NCBI GenBank assembly: GCA_030295235.1
Contig: AP026143.1
Location: 744,001 to 808,000 of the forward strand
DNA from: Fistulifera solaris
Taxonomy: Eukaryota
Direction: 5' to 3'
Length of the DNA stretch: 64,000 nucleotides
Position 1 is the first letter of the stretch, and every line of letters starts with the position of its first letter. This document shows, piece by piece, positions 51,927 to 64,000 of this stretch. The translations under genes and the position numbers were made by a program. The notes beneath the pieces were generated by a model. The model had not been told where the DNA came from. It saw only the letters and a list, made by a program, of their open reading frames with translations, and made no database searches.

Positions 51927-53021
51927 CTACTTGTCAATTGATTGCGAAGATCGTTGTGCTCTCTTTCGGATTTGCCAGTGGGCGACAAAAGCGGCTATCG
52001 CCACGACGGCACTGAGCGCAATCAAGGTGGAAATGAGCCCCATGGCGAGTGTCGAAGGTTGCGAAGTAGATGTTTCCAAAGTATCATCCCTCTTAGGACG
52101 TGACGTGGGTGGCATGGTGGGCCTCTTCTTTCCGGTATCAACAGCTGGTGGTAACGTAGTTCTCCCATTAGGAGCCATGACGGTTCCAACGGGTGCTGAA
52201 TCCGCCATTTCAGACTGCGGTGGCAGTACAGGAGGATAGGTTTCGTTCCCCACTGCTATAAACGTTGAACTTACTGGGGGCGCCATGTCACTTTCTGGTT
52301 TAATGTAGATTGTCGGATATATGGAAAATGTCAAAGTCGGCACAGCGGAAGGAGACACTGACGGAGCCGGAGTTGGAATCGGTTGCACCTCATTTGGCTT
52401 GACAGCAAACACAAAGACCGCCATTCCAGCAATCCCCATGAGCGACAGGAACGTACAAGTGAGCGAAACGGGCAGCAGATAGCGTGCATATTTAGGAGCG
52501 GAGACCGCTTCACCTTGCACGACAGGTGCGTGCAGAATTTCTAACAACTTTGCTTCCTGTTGCTCATCCACAGCTTCCGCTTGTATATCGGGAGGTAACA
52601 TGTAGGTTTCTTTGCTAAGGACAGGATCCACGTTGTCACTATCTCCTGCTTCTATAGTGCACGCACTACTCCTGTTCGAATGGAGACTTACAGTCCCCAA
52701 TTCTTCGACTGACGGAGGTCTTTCTTCGTCATGTTGTTGCCCTTCCTCTTCCTCCTCTTCATCGCTTTCTTCCAAATCCCAGGCGTCCTCTTCTTGTTGC
52801 TCCGCCGTCATGACGCGACTCCCAATCATATGCACCGCACCTGGTTGAGGAGGCGTTTCTTCACCATCCGGAGAAACCTCAATACGAGAAGGCTTAATAT
52901 CCGAATGACTATCGTGCTGCGGTTGTTGTTGATGTTGCTTCAAACAAGACGATGACGGAATACCTGTATGAATAATTAGAGGTCCTCGTTGCTGATTGTT
53001 TGTTTCCGGTGCAGTTGTCAT
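51927..53021 (-). CDS. Two-TM membrane protein with a Pro/Ser/Thr-rich loop (paralog 2)
   Basis: AVDEQQEAKLLEILHAPVVQGE...CTFLSLMGIAGMAVFVFAV aligns with paralog 1 and has the same topology. Confidence 0.72.
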   Translation of the reverse strand: MTTAPETNNQQRGPLIIHTGIPSSSCLKQHQQQPQHDSHSDIKPSRIEVSPDGEETPPQPGAVHMIGSRVMTAEQQEEDAWDLEESDEEEEEEGQQHDEERPPSVEELGTVSLHSNRSSACTIEAGDSDNVDPVLSKETYMLPPDIQAEAVDEQQEAKLLEILHAPVVQGEAVSAPKYARYLLPVSLTCTFLSLMGIAGMAVFVFAVKPNEVQPIPTPAPSVSPSAVPTLTFSIYPTIYIKPESDMAPPVSSTFIAVGNETYPPVLPPQSEMADSAPVGTVMAPNGRTTLPPAVDTGKKRPTMPPTSRPKRDDTLETSTSQPSTLAMGLISTLIALSAVVAIAAFVAHWQIRKRAQRSSQSIDK

Positions 53022-53589
53022 GATTCTTTTCACGCTTTTTAAAATGATAAAGTAGCTTGAAATGGTGAATTAATGTATGCAGAGATAATGCTGGAATGAA
53101 TATTTTTGTCCCCCTTGTTATTTGCCGCTGCTGTTATCGTCGACGCGCTTTGCGCTTGTCGCTCGTTAGTTGCTGCATGCGGCCTTTTGCTCCGTGGTTT
53201 CATTTCTCGTAAACTTTTCACGACAAAAGATGCACGACTACTATAATGTTGATGAGTGGTTTGAAATGAGAGCGGTTCGCATATCACTCTATTGTGGAGA
53301 GTAGCAAATGACTCATTCCCTTATTCAATACTTATGGCTTAAAAATACTCCGGGGCACAATGTTAATAAGTACAAAAACAGCTTAGCATAGTACAAATGT
53401 TGTTCTTGTCGTAGTCAGTCACGTTGCCGTTTGATGCGTTGAATAAGTCGCGGATCTTTTTCCACCCCTCTTTTGCTCATCACTCATCACTCACTCATCA
53501 CTTATCATCGAATCACTCTCGACGCCTGTGCGTATCCATCGTATCTTTGCGTCTCTTTATCAAGTATTTAAATTTGAAAGAGAAAGAGA

Positions 53590-54647
53590 ATGACGCTAAA
53601 AACAGTCGAAGTTCTAGCACCCAGCAATCTTCCGGAAGGATACGTCTTTGATGCGACAGTCGATGGTGTAACCGTGAGTCTCTTTCCTACTCTTCTCGAG
53701 TGTATGAAACAAATGAATGTTCTCATATCATCCCACCTTTCTCTTTGGACTAGTTCGCTGTCACTGTTCCCAAGGGAGGCGTAGAAGAGGGACAGCCGAT
53801 TCGCGTTGCTTATCCTGTTCCTTCCGCTCCCATCCTTGTTGCTGCGACACCGATTGTAGAAACGCCCATCACATCCTCGTTTGTACAACCGGATGGAACG
53901 CGTGTTACCGAAACCAAGCATCCCGACGGAACGAGTACAGTCATTCGGGAAACGCCTCGTATCCAGGGCAGCTCGGAATCTCAACCGTTGGCTCCGACCG
54001 GTCGGTTTCGCAACGGCATGTGCGATTGTTTCGAAGTATTTTGTTCCGGACGATTTTGGGTGAGTTTTTTAGGGCGATTTCGACTTGCATTATCTTCCCT
54101 TTTGTCGCGTCATACTTATGCTGGATTCTCTTGTCACACAGATGGCTTGCTGTTGCATAGGCTGTTACATGGGCCAGATCATGCAACGATTCAAATTGAA
54201 CCCTTTCGGTGCACCCGGCAATTATCAAAACACGTGCTTGATCTGCACCGTTGCTTTCACCATCCTTATTGCAGTGTCGTGGATTCTGACGGCTGCAGCT
54301 AACGTGAATTGTAAGTAGTCGATGTTTGGGAATATTCGATTCATGTTCAAGAGGGCGACTCATCCTTGTCCCTCCATCTATCGCTACAAAACGGAATGGA
54401 CAGTGAATCTTATTGTATTGATCTGGATGACAATTGCCATTGCTTTGACGCATAGGGAATTTCGCAAAAGTACTTGATTCCGCCCAAATGCTGCGGAGAA
54501 TCGTGCTGGGGTGATTGTTGTTGTGCCTTGTGGTGCGGTTGTTGCTTGGCCATTCAAATGGATCGACACACGCATGATGAGAAAATTTACAAATATCAAT
54601 GTTGCACAAATACCGGGTTGTCGCAAGGTGCTCCCGAAATTGTTTAA
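53590..54647 (+). CDS. PLAC8-family Cys-rich membrane protein, spliced
   Basis: N-terminal VEVLAPSNLPEGYVFDATVDG...FAVTVPKGGVEEGQ, then GRFRNGMCDCF, MACCCIGCYMGQIMQR and WCGCCLAIQMDRH. Introns start at about 53674, 54060 and 54311. Confidence 0.85.
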
Positions 54648-55467
54648 AAAGGGTTATCTGGCGGACCTAAACTGTTGTTCATCTTTTGACATGACTGGAT
54701 ATTAGTCACGAAAGGTTTCTGTTTGTGCCCTTTTCCGTCCACTTTTCGCAAAGTTATTACTTATCAAAACTTAAAAAATTTTTTTTGCAACAACGTTTTT
54801 TACGAAGCGTCAATATAATTAGAATGGACCCGATAGTGTATCCATTATTTCATCATTTAATCGCAACACGAGCCCAAATAGATGCTGCAAATCCATTCAT
54901 GCCTTTCCATCAGTTATCTTTCGACAAGGCGGAGCTGTAGGCTATGATATTGGTCGATGTCTTGATCTTTGTTTTAAATTTGCAACTCAGCACGGCGACT
55001 AAAAACGTCGCAATTCCCATTGAGTGGTTTTTCTAAACCAGTATATCGCGAAAGTGTAGATTACTTTTTCCATGACTGCGTTTAGTCATGAGTCCAGATT
55101 GTGAAGTCAGAAACGAAGTGACGAGCGACGGACGACGGACGACGGAAGGAGCGACATCTGGAGCTACTCGGTTTAGGACACTCGTTTCGATAGTAGCATG
55201 TACTGCCATTAATGCCGAAGACTACTTCAAAACGTACAGTAGCGCGTAGTGTTTTTCCATGGTATTTTGCGAAAGCGTCGAAGCCGCGAAGAAGCCAAGC
55301 AGCGCGTAGCACGTGACAGAAAGTAACTTTCAAGAAGAAGATTATTGTGTGGAAGTGGAAGTCGTTTCATGCAATGAAAGATTATAGCAAAGTAAATAAA
55401 AAGGAAAACAAGAAAGAAGAGAGGTGAAAGGAAGCTAAAAATCTTTTAAATACAAAAGTCTCAAAGA

Positions 55468-58167
55468 ATGAATCAAACGACGGAGGACAACTCCTCGTCG
55501 ACAATGAACGATAACAAAGAACCGCTGCCCGCTGAGGCTGTCAATCAACATTCTCTCAACACAACATTAAATCATATAAGCTTTCAAGCGCTTACATTGA
55601 AGCGGAGAACAAAGACGCTGTATCCCAGCGATATGATGGACCGCTTTTCCGCCTTTCCATCGTCTTGGGCCTGCGACTTTCGCGAAAGCGTCTCTTCGAA
55701 CCACCAGAACTTTCCCTGTAGTAGCAGCAATCACTCGACTACGATCGCCGCCACAGATACGGAAAACGGAACTGAAGCGAAAAGTGTTGATAGCGACTCT
55801 TTTCCGGAGATTCGAAGAATTGTATACGAATGTCACAAGAAGCCGACTACAACGCGCGCGAGAATCGAGACATTGTTTTTCTCAGCCCAGCAGCTGCCTT
55901 GGAGCAGTCTCGAAGGCAACGGAACGCACCAGAAAGAAACGGAGCTGCAACTTTGTCGTCGGATTCACGAAGAAAATCCTCTTTGCTGGATACATCAACA
56001 GATGAGGACGAAGAAGAGTGCCGGACAGGGTCACAACAAGATAGGATTCAGGCACCTTGGGAAGACGAAGCTTACGGGTCTTCTGGTGATATCCGTCCGG
56101 AAGTAACGACGAGTATCAATAGTTCAAACCACAGAAGATCCGGATCTGGTTTGCAATTAGATGACAGAGAAAGGCGGATAGTAATGATAGATATTGATTG
56201 CGAACTCAACGATGAAAGATCATGGGATGATGAATTCATTCTCGAAGATCCTGAAATGACGGAAGAAGCTGTTCGGCAACAGTCTATGATGTCGGTACCG
56301 GGTGCTATTGCGGTTGCAGGCATCAACGCGAGATCCTCTTTGGATGATGGTTCGGACAATCACACCACGGTTTCGATGCAAGAAGCACTGAGACAAATAT
56401 CTGTAATAGACGCGAGAAATCTCGATGAATACGATGAGACGGTTAATATGGAGATGACTGAGGTTATTCGGCAGCAATCTATGCTGTCCGTACCAGGTGC
56501 AATTGCAGTGGATGGACCTCATGGAAGGTTCGATGCGGATGCCGATTCGGATCATGATACAACTGCTTCTATGAGACAAGCACGAAGATGCAGTTCAAAT
56601 AGGGATTCGAATGATATACGTGTACAGGGGATCTTGGCAGCGGAAGAAACTGATGCGGGAGCTTTTGTATCTGTGTCGGCAATTAGACAAGCTCCTGTTA
56701 TCGACGCGGAAGGGATTCATGTCATAAACGTGGACGATGACGAGCTGGGTGAAGCCGACGCTACTTCGATCAAAAGTCAAGCGCTGGGGAAACGGGTTTG
56801 TTTGTACGGTGATTATCGCTGCTCTTGTCTGCATAGTCACTTTTTTGATAGTTGACAATACAAAAACAGAGGTAAAACTGCGTTTGGCGTCCACGGAAAG
56901 CCCGACGTTGGCACCGACGTTCTCTCCAACCAATATGGAGCTGCCAAAGCTCATTGACCTACTCAAGTCCATAACCGACGAAGACTTGTTACGGGACCGC
57001 TCTTCGCCACAGTTCATGGCGGCAGAGTGGCTTTCTCGAGACATTGCCGACAAAGACCTGGCAGAGGAAAAGTTGATCCAGCGGTATGTTGTAGCGATAA
57101 TGCAATTCGCTTATGGGATCACGGCCGTTTGCGACGAAACGTCGTGTGCTTATGACCGATCATCCACACCGTTTTTAAAGCACTATGATGAATGTACATG
57201 GGACGGTGTCACATGCAACGATGACGGACAAGTGATACAAATTCTTTTGATCGGCCGTCCGGGCGAGTCTGCTCTGGATGGCATTGAGAAGTGGAAGCAA
57301 TCGTCACAAAAAATGGGAACGTTATCCTCTGAAATCAAGTCGTTAACTGAATTGTCAGTGCTGGTCATCGAAGGCTTTGATCTTGCAGGCTCAATCGATC
57401 ATGTTATCAATCCGAGTTTGAAGAACCTTCGAACTATTCGACTGGGAGGAAATTCCCTGACCGGATCACTCCCTGATGAGATGTGGAGGATCCACTCGAC
57501 CTTGGAATTCTTGGATCTTTCGAACAATGAACTTAGTGGTCCAATACCCCATAGCATTGGCCGTATACCATCACTGAGTACGTTAAATTATCTGTCGCTC
57601 GTGCGCTATGTTCATTGTATTCGTTTCTCACGAATAATTTGCTCAGAGACTTTGAACTTGTGGAACAACAAAATCACAGGTCAGATCCCATCTTTAATTG
57701 GGTCTCTAACATCCCTTGAAATGCTGAATCTCGGACAGACACTTGTGGAGGGTTCTTTGCCCCCAGAGATTGTAGGATTTTCAGAGACTTTGCAGACTTT
57801 GGATCTTAGCGACACGAAAATGAGCGGTCCACTCCCAATGGAACTTGAATTATTTACTTCGCTGCGAACGCTAAACATGAAAGGGTGCGACTTTTCCGGG
57901 ACCATCCCAGAGCTGTCTTGCGGCAACGCTCACGTGATTCGATTAACCGATAACAATTTTTCAGGCACGATTCCTTCATCCTTTGGCCAATGTACCTCTT
58001 TGGAGCAGCTGAAGTTGCGGGGCAATCCTCGGCTAACGGGGAAAATACCCGAGGCTCTTTGTGGTGACGCCTGGGATTATATTCAGCAGTTTACAAGTTA
58101 TAGCGTGGATTGTGGCGTTGAATGTGATTGCTGTGATTTCAACCCACTATGTGACGATGATTGGTGA
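55468..58167 (+). CDS. Type II membrane leucine-rich-repeat protein (diatom-type; N-terminal tail with PGAIAV repeats)
   Basis: TM helix, SPQFMAAEWL, QRYVVA, ECTWDGVTC cap, LxLxxNxLxGxIP repeats and C-terminal VDCGVECDCC. In-frame intron 57578-57646; frame breaks near 55800 and 56770-56810. Confidence 0.82.
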
Positions 58168-59345
58168 CAAGTGCGGTGACAGACTCGCTAGCTATGTACA
58201 TTAATAACTTCTAGATAAATAAAGACTGGCATCAAGTATCACGAAACGAAGTAGAAGTTTTGACCCATCATTCGTGTCCAATGCTCTCCTTCGTAGACTT
58301 GCCACTCAAACGAGAAAGACTTTTTGTGGACATCAGGTCTCTAGTAAGTCACACACATTTCGTACGATGACCTCTGCAGGAAGAACAATAATAGCACTCC
58401 TCATTCTATATCCAGTGATCTCGGCGAGAAGCAATCAAGCATCATTTATTGAATAGAAGTGTACCGGTCAGACGGTGTGGTGTGCATCAGAACTCTCAAC
58501 GATAAGAGAGCGATCGACCTGACAAATCATACGAGTAAAGAAGCTGGTAAGCCATTTTTAAGAAAAAAGTGTATCATACAGGCACAGCAAGACAAGGAAC
58601 GGGATTTGAATGTCCGAACTTGCTGTTGTAAAGTATGAGCACAGAAAGGTCCTAAACTTTCCACTAGACTACAAACGTCACTCGTCCTTTTAGGGCTTTT
58701 ATGGCCGCATGCGGAGACTCTATAAACTCACGCCGCGGTAGAAACCACCCGTCATAATCTAGTGCAAGGCGATCGCTTACCTCTCACATCGCTACACACT
58801 ATGTTTGACTCTCTAACTACAATGATCTAGAGCACACCGTCTAACGCTGATTTTTAACCAGACGCAAATAAGATTGTAATGTTTCATTGCATCGCTCCTG
58901 ACAGTAAGTTGCTGGGCGCCGCGCAGGATTCCATTGTTGTTGTTTTTATGTATTTTTTGATGTTTAAATACGTCTCTGGAGGTTCTTGTTGAGATAATAT
59001 TAGCAGGATAATAGAAGGAAATGCGGTTTTGATGTGCGATGTGCGTGCGTGCGACTGCGAACTGCGAACAACAAAATTGATACCCGGCTGCATGACAGAC
59101 GTTTCGGAATCGCACGACGCACGGACGCGACGACGCAAGCACGGTACCGTAGTCGACTATAGCCCCAACGTGTTGTCCGTTTCTCCAAGACTGGATTGCA
59201 GTCACGAGGCATGATTCCGACCCTATCTCTATAGTCGGCTGCGCAATAGATTTTACTGCTATTCTCACCAATGATAGCTACCTATCAATTAAACGATCAA
59301 TGTTGCCTATCTAGCTTTAAACGCAAAAACCATTTCGATTGTGAT

Positions 59346-59411
59346 GCTTCGAATGTCTACGTAATTTCACGTAGCCCTCGTAGGGAAATTTATCGACAGA
59401 GGGGGCACCCG
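59346..59411 (-). repeat. Solo inverted copy of the core of the 428-bp array
   Basis: The reverse complement matches 19633-19698 at 63 of 66 positions. Confidence 0.92.
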
Positions 59412-59621
59412 CATACTGTGTAATGTTGACCATCACAATCTTCGGCATCGCCATCAATTATTCACATTCGAAATGGCACTCTGGTAAGGGACTTGATGAT
59501 AGAATAGATTCAAGTTTTGGTGTGGTGAAAACTAAGATTAGTTTACATTTCTAAGTTTTCAAACCGTGTGGTCTGTATCTCGCATGTCGCAATTGTGAAA
59601 CAGGGGGTGACTTGCCCTCTA

Positions 59622-60278
59622 TCAAGCAGCTGCCGCTGATACAGCGTTGTGTGGTGACAGCATGGCTTCGAGTTCACGCGCTCTGGAAGGGAGCGCTTTG
59701 GACAAATGCGATAAATAAGGAATCGTTGAACAGCAGTGCCAAATGGCCAACTGAATGGTTGCCGCCTGAATGAATAGTTCATTCTCTTCTGGAGTGATTT
59801 GTTGTAAGAGGTTATCCGCAAGTTTCATCAAAGAGGGCATCGTCGAGTACGAATGATTAGCAAAGTGATTCGCTAACCCGGTATTGTATAGTAGAATGGC
59901 AGATTGCATGTCTAGATCTTCGTAGCAGGCTGTGTCGATATCGCTGATACGAATCGTGTAGAGCGTATTATGCTGATGGCATTGAGCGTTCTTCATGGAT
60001 TTGATAAAGGATGTTGGGTCATCCGTTAGATCCATAAAAACAGGAAAGTTCTTTGAGAAAGATGAGTGAAACGAGGCACTTTTTCGTTGGCACAATCGCA
60101 ACTGAGCGCGTCGCAACATATGCCATTCGTCTTCGACGTGCTGATTGGTCAGGATCTCTTTCATAAGGCGCGTCGCGTCGTGCAGTGTTGCCAACGCTTC
60201 TATGAATAAGTGGCGATGTAGCATCTCCACACCCATGTTGTTGAGCGCAATTGCGGTGCGTGACAATACAGGTGGCAT
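59622..60278 (-). CDS. Hypothetical helical (TPR-like) protein
   Basis: 218-aa ORF with AIALNNMGV and SAILLYNTGLANH motifs, ending AAAA; I associate this pattern with expanded diatom orphan families. Confidence 0.7.
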   Translation of the reverse strand: MPPVLSRTAIALNNMGVEMLHRHLFIEALATLHDATRLMKEILTNQHVEDEWHMLRRAQLRLCQRKSASFHSSFSKNFPVFMDLTDDPTSFIKSMKNAQCHQHNTLYTIRISDIDTACYEDLDMQSAILLYNTGLANHFANHSYSTMPSLMKLADNLLQQITPEENELFIQAATIQLAIWHCCSTIPYLSHLSKALPSRARELEAMLSPHNAVSAAAA

Positions 60279-61545
60279 GTTTGCAGGATAGGAAGGTGAA
60301 GGTAAAGAAGAGGGAGTGTCTATGATTATGAGGTGAAAAATTTGCTTGAGGCTGGTCAGTTTTGATTATTCAGGATGACTGGGCAAAGAGTAGACTACAA
60401 GGTATCGATGAGAGAAGAGAGAAGCGCGACATGCGTTTTTCTTCTTCCTTCGTTTCTTCGTCAACGAAACGCCGAAGCGGAAGAGATAGAACGAGAAACA
60501 AGATCAAATTCAAATAGCTCTCACACCTCACACCTCACACGTCATTCATTTTGGTTTCCTCAGAATTCCGAAAGGCCCTCCTCGAAACCCGGATTAGGAA
60601 AATACGAACAAAGCTACATAGTGGCTTATTCCTGAGGACATATTTGGCGGAAATAATGCCTTTTATGCTTCGCGGGCTACTAATGCAGTGGGAAAGCAAA
60701 GGTATTTTGTACGCACAATTAGAACTAAAAAATCAGAACTCGGGGCGAGAGAACAAAGAAGCTAAAGTTCGTCGTCGGAGTTCGGAGTTTCGTTGACTCC
60801 TGTATCATAAGTTGTGTATTATGTTTCGTCTTGTTGAATTCGAGAAGACGGAAATGAGGAAGCCAAAAAGTCTATAGCCCCAATACAGAAAACGGAATGT
60901 GCAACTAGAGAGGCCTGACTCCAGACGACTCGAAGACTCGAAGTCAACTTTCCCTTTCACCATCGCAAGCCTAAAGAAGGGGAAATTTCACGAGAGAACG
61001 GATTATGAACTATGACTATAGATTTTAGATGAGCGGCAATTGATTGAAAGCGTTGCCCGTTTCTCTGCAAGCGCCTTTGTCTTTCGGAAGTCGGGATCTG
61101 AGTCCACGCTACCTGCTTGATGTCTGATCCCAAACGAAGGCTGCCTACAACTTAGCATATACTTTGTTTCCTCATATTTTGCTGAAGTCAGCGTATTTTC
61201 ACATATCAAAGACTTGGTCGCTATTAGTTGTTATTCGAGCAAACAAGGCGATTAGTAGCTGGCGACTTGTTTGGGCGCCTCCACGACGCAAGAATGATTA
61301 TACAGACTTGGTGATTCATTTACCCCATCGCGACCCCCCTTCCAAACATTTTGACTTACTTGCAAAAGAAAACTGGTCCATATAGGTGCAGGTTTTTGAA
61401 GCGACCACACGCTGTATCAACCCCATGCTATAAAGAACGCGCATAAGTGTCCTGCGTTAAGAGGAAATAGTTGCCATCGCTAGTGCGAGTCGTAATTCAC
61501 GCGTTGTCCATTTCCAGGCAGTACAAATCTCCATATTAATACCAT

Positions 61546-63569
61546 TTAATCTTGATTGCGGACTGGTCGTGGAACCGTTATGGTATATTGCGACGGATCT
61601 TTTGAAAGATTCATTTTCATGATGGAAAAAGTGCCAATATCATCACGATTTCGACCTGAACTCGCATCCTCGATCCATACATTGCCCCCACAAAATATAA
61701 AGTCTTCCGCGTCAATTTTGTTGCGCGACTTCAAGTCCTCCAATGCAGGAATACTAAATGTGTTGGACGTTAACGACATCGCCTGTCCTTTCATTGATAT
61801 GCGTTCCAGCGCCCCTTCCATCACCAAGATGCGCTCCTTCTTGGGCGGGATCTGTAGCCGAATGAGCAACCGCGCCGTCGTGGCGGTTTCTCCGGACAAT
61901 ACCCATGTCCCACCAGCGGCTTTCTGTTGCGTTTCTGGATCTAGAATAGGGCCTCCTGCTGTCGTTCCATCAATGCGCAAAATCAAATTTTCTGACTGCT
62001 CCTTGGAATTCTCCATTAATTCAAATCCAGTCGGAGAACGTACCATACGCCAAAATCCCACCAAATGTTCACGACTAGGATACGGAGGAAGTACTGGCGT
62101 TGGTGTAGATGTTGCTTGAGGCTTGTCAGCGATTAAGGTCCCGTTCTTATACTGAGCAAATATTGGATTGTCTTCAATAGCGGGTTTGTCTTTCTTGGTA
62201 GAAAGTTGTTGCAAACTACGTTCACGAGCTCGGGAAGCGATGACGTTTTGAATTTTTTCCCGCATCCATCCGTCCAATGCGGCCGGGTCTGGAGGAGACT
62301 CTGGCTTGTTCGGCTCGAGTATGGAGTCAAGTTCCACACTTTCTTGGTCGGCGATGTTCGACAATGCGTCGTAAGACTTATCTTCAGATTCGCTCTGCCC
62401 GTGTAGTTGCTGCAAACGCTGCCTTGTTTTTGATAATATCATGTCGTCCTCCTCGGTGGTCTGCGATCCTGAAAAGGCATTGCGCGGTTCTTCTTGGTTT
62501 TCTAGTTGATTCGAATTCTTCAGCGACTTTTCAGCTTTTTGGATTCGTCCTTCTTGATATTTTTGGAATTCTTGTTCGCGTCGTAGTAGCGTTTGATTCG
62601 TTCCAACGGGCAAAGGCCACGTTGCACTAGGCCAAGGAGCAAACGCTGTGTTGTCTTTAGACAAGGCATACAACCCGATTTCGGGCAATCGCAGGGCATC
62701 TAGTCCTAATGCATCATCCATGTATTGCATCCAGAACAAAGGCGATATCCCATTCCCACCTTGATCAGATGTGAGTGTATATCGTTGATTGTCGTCATCG
62801 TCTGCAGTAATGTTGTTTGCGTTTTGTAGTATCATTTCCCAATCATCGGGTAGCTGCAGGAAGGGGGAGGCGCAACTCTGTCTCGTGCTCCTGTTCCAGA
62901 GCCCAGGATAATGTCCATGACGGCGATTGCTGAAGCACTGTTTGATTCAAACTTTGCACAAAAGAGTTTACGAAGGGACTGACACCGTTCGAAGTCGCAA
63001 ACAATACACTATTGTCGACGCTATTTCCCTCCAATCCCTTCCACGACACCATCCACGGTTCTTGTTGTAATGCTGGTTGTTGTAATACAGTCTCGATACA
63101 TTTCTGCACTTGCTGCAAAGCCTGATTCGCGTCTTTTTCCTCTTTCATTTCGAGTTGCAATAAAGGCAGGCGCAACGCCGCCGCCGGGATGCACGCATGC
63201 ACCAAAAGCGGACAATGATAGAGAATAGCGCGTTGAATGCTTTCCAATTCGAGTGCTAATTCGTGACATGTCTCCATCGGAACAGCAATCAAGAATTTTT
63301 GTGTTGATTGTTGACGGTTCATTCTGATGTTCGGTTTCCTGTCGTCGTTCGTTTCGTCGTCTTTGTTGTTTTCATTCAGAAAATTGCGAATGAATTGAGA
63401 CATTTGTGACGATTCTTCGGGTCGTTGGGATAAGGCTAAAGATGATTCTATCGGCAAATGATGTCGTTTTAATTGTTGATGAGGAAGAACCGTCCATCCT
63501 CGAACGACATTCACCGCAAAAAAAAAGGAAAAGCACTTTCGTATTTGTGAGGAAATTGAAAGACCACAT
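61546..63569 (-). CDS. Probable plastid-targeted protein with an N-terminal degenerate 2H-phosphoesterase (AKAP7-like) domain and an unknown C-terminal domain; frameshifted
   Basis: The signal peptide is restored across the A-run at about 63517-63526 (VVRG|WTV). FLIAVPM...QRAILYHCPLLVHACIPAAALRLPLL follows, and the frame continues into the 429-aa ORF after a break near 62850. Confidence 0.6.
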
Positions 63570-64000
63570 GATTGTTATGCGATAAACGAAGACTTTTTTG
63601 ACAAGGAAAGAGGATTGAATACGAAAAAATGGCTCAAGATGCTCATCACTCATCATTCATCATTCATCTAAACTATTAGTATGGTCTAGTATAATAAGCG
63701 GCTGCGCACTTCGTATTTTCACGTCCACAAAAATCTGCGCATGTGTTATTCAAATCATCCACAGAAAATCTGTGGGAGTGGTATTATGACGCATCCAGAA
63801 AATCTGGGAGAGAAAATCTGGTCGTGTGCAGTTGTGGACTCAAAAACCATCACTTTGACAACGTTTCGTAATTCGTAAGGCTCTTTGACAAAAAAACAGA
63901 GTGACGTGTAATACAAACGCTGCTAAAGCCTATTTTATTGCAACAGCAACCAGTGGAGCTCAAGTCATTTTTTTGCAAGTGGAGTTTTGACGTGCACAGA

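Noticed and set aside
59020..59170. GC-rich stretch as a candidate ncRNA (similar stretch at 30140-30200)
   Set aside because: No tRNA, snRNA or snoRNA hallmarks were recognised; short repeats explain much of it.

Overview
Eukaryotic nuclear DNA, most likely from a pennate diatom (inferred from short GT-AG introns, compact gene spacing, bipartite plastid-targeting N-termini, tandem HSFs and diatom-type LRR and PLAC8 proteins). About 20 protein genes are present: a >13.7 kb VPS13 carrying PDZ and C2 inserts, an ABCG half-transporter, an FKBP-TPR, Fcf2, a cytochrome b561 next to an FTR1 iron permease, a degenerate DenD-like SDR, a ChaN-like lumen protein, two HSFs, DNA ligase I, a GT23-like glycosyltransferase, a SET/MYND-JmjC fusion, PLAC8, an LRR membrane protein and several orphans. 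Many genes are broken by single-base indels in homopolymer runs, which most likely reflects assembly error. Non-coding highlights are a 428-bp hairpin-rich higher-order tandem array whose 66-bp core recurs inverted about 38 kb away, 238-bp and ~220-bp arrays, a 174-bp mini-Helitron, a second Helitron-like 3' end, eight intergenic copies of the palindrome TACCWGGTA, and many 7-bp-period tandem duplications. No rRNA, tRNA or CRISPR array was recognised. All family assignments come from motif recognition by eye; no database search was run.
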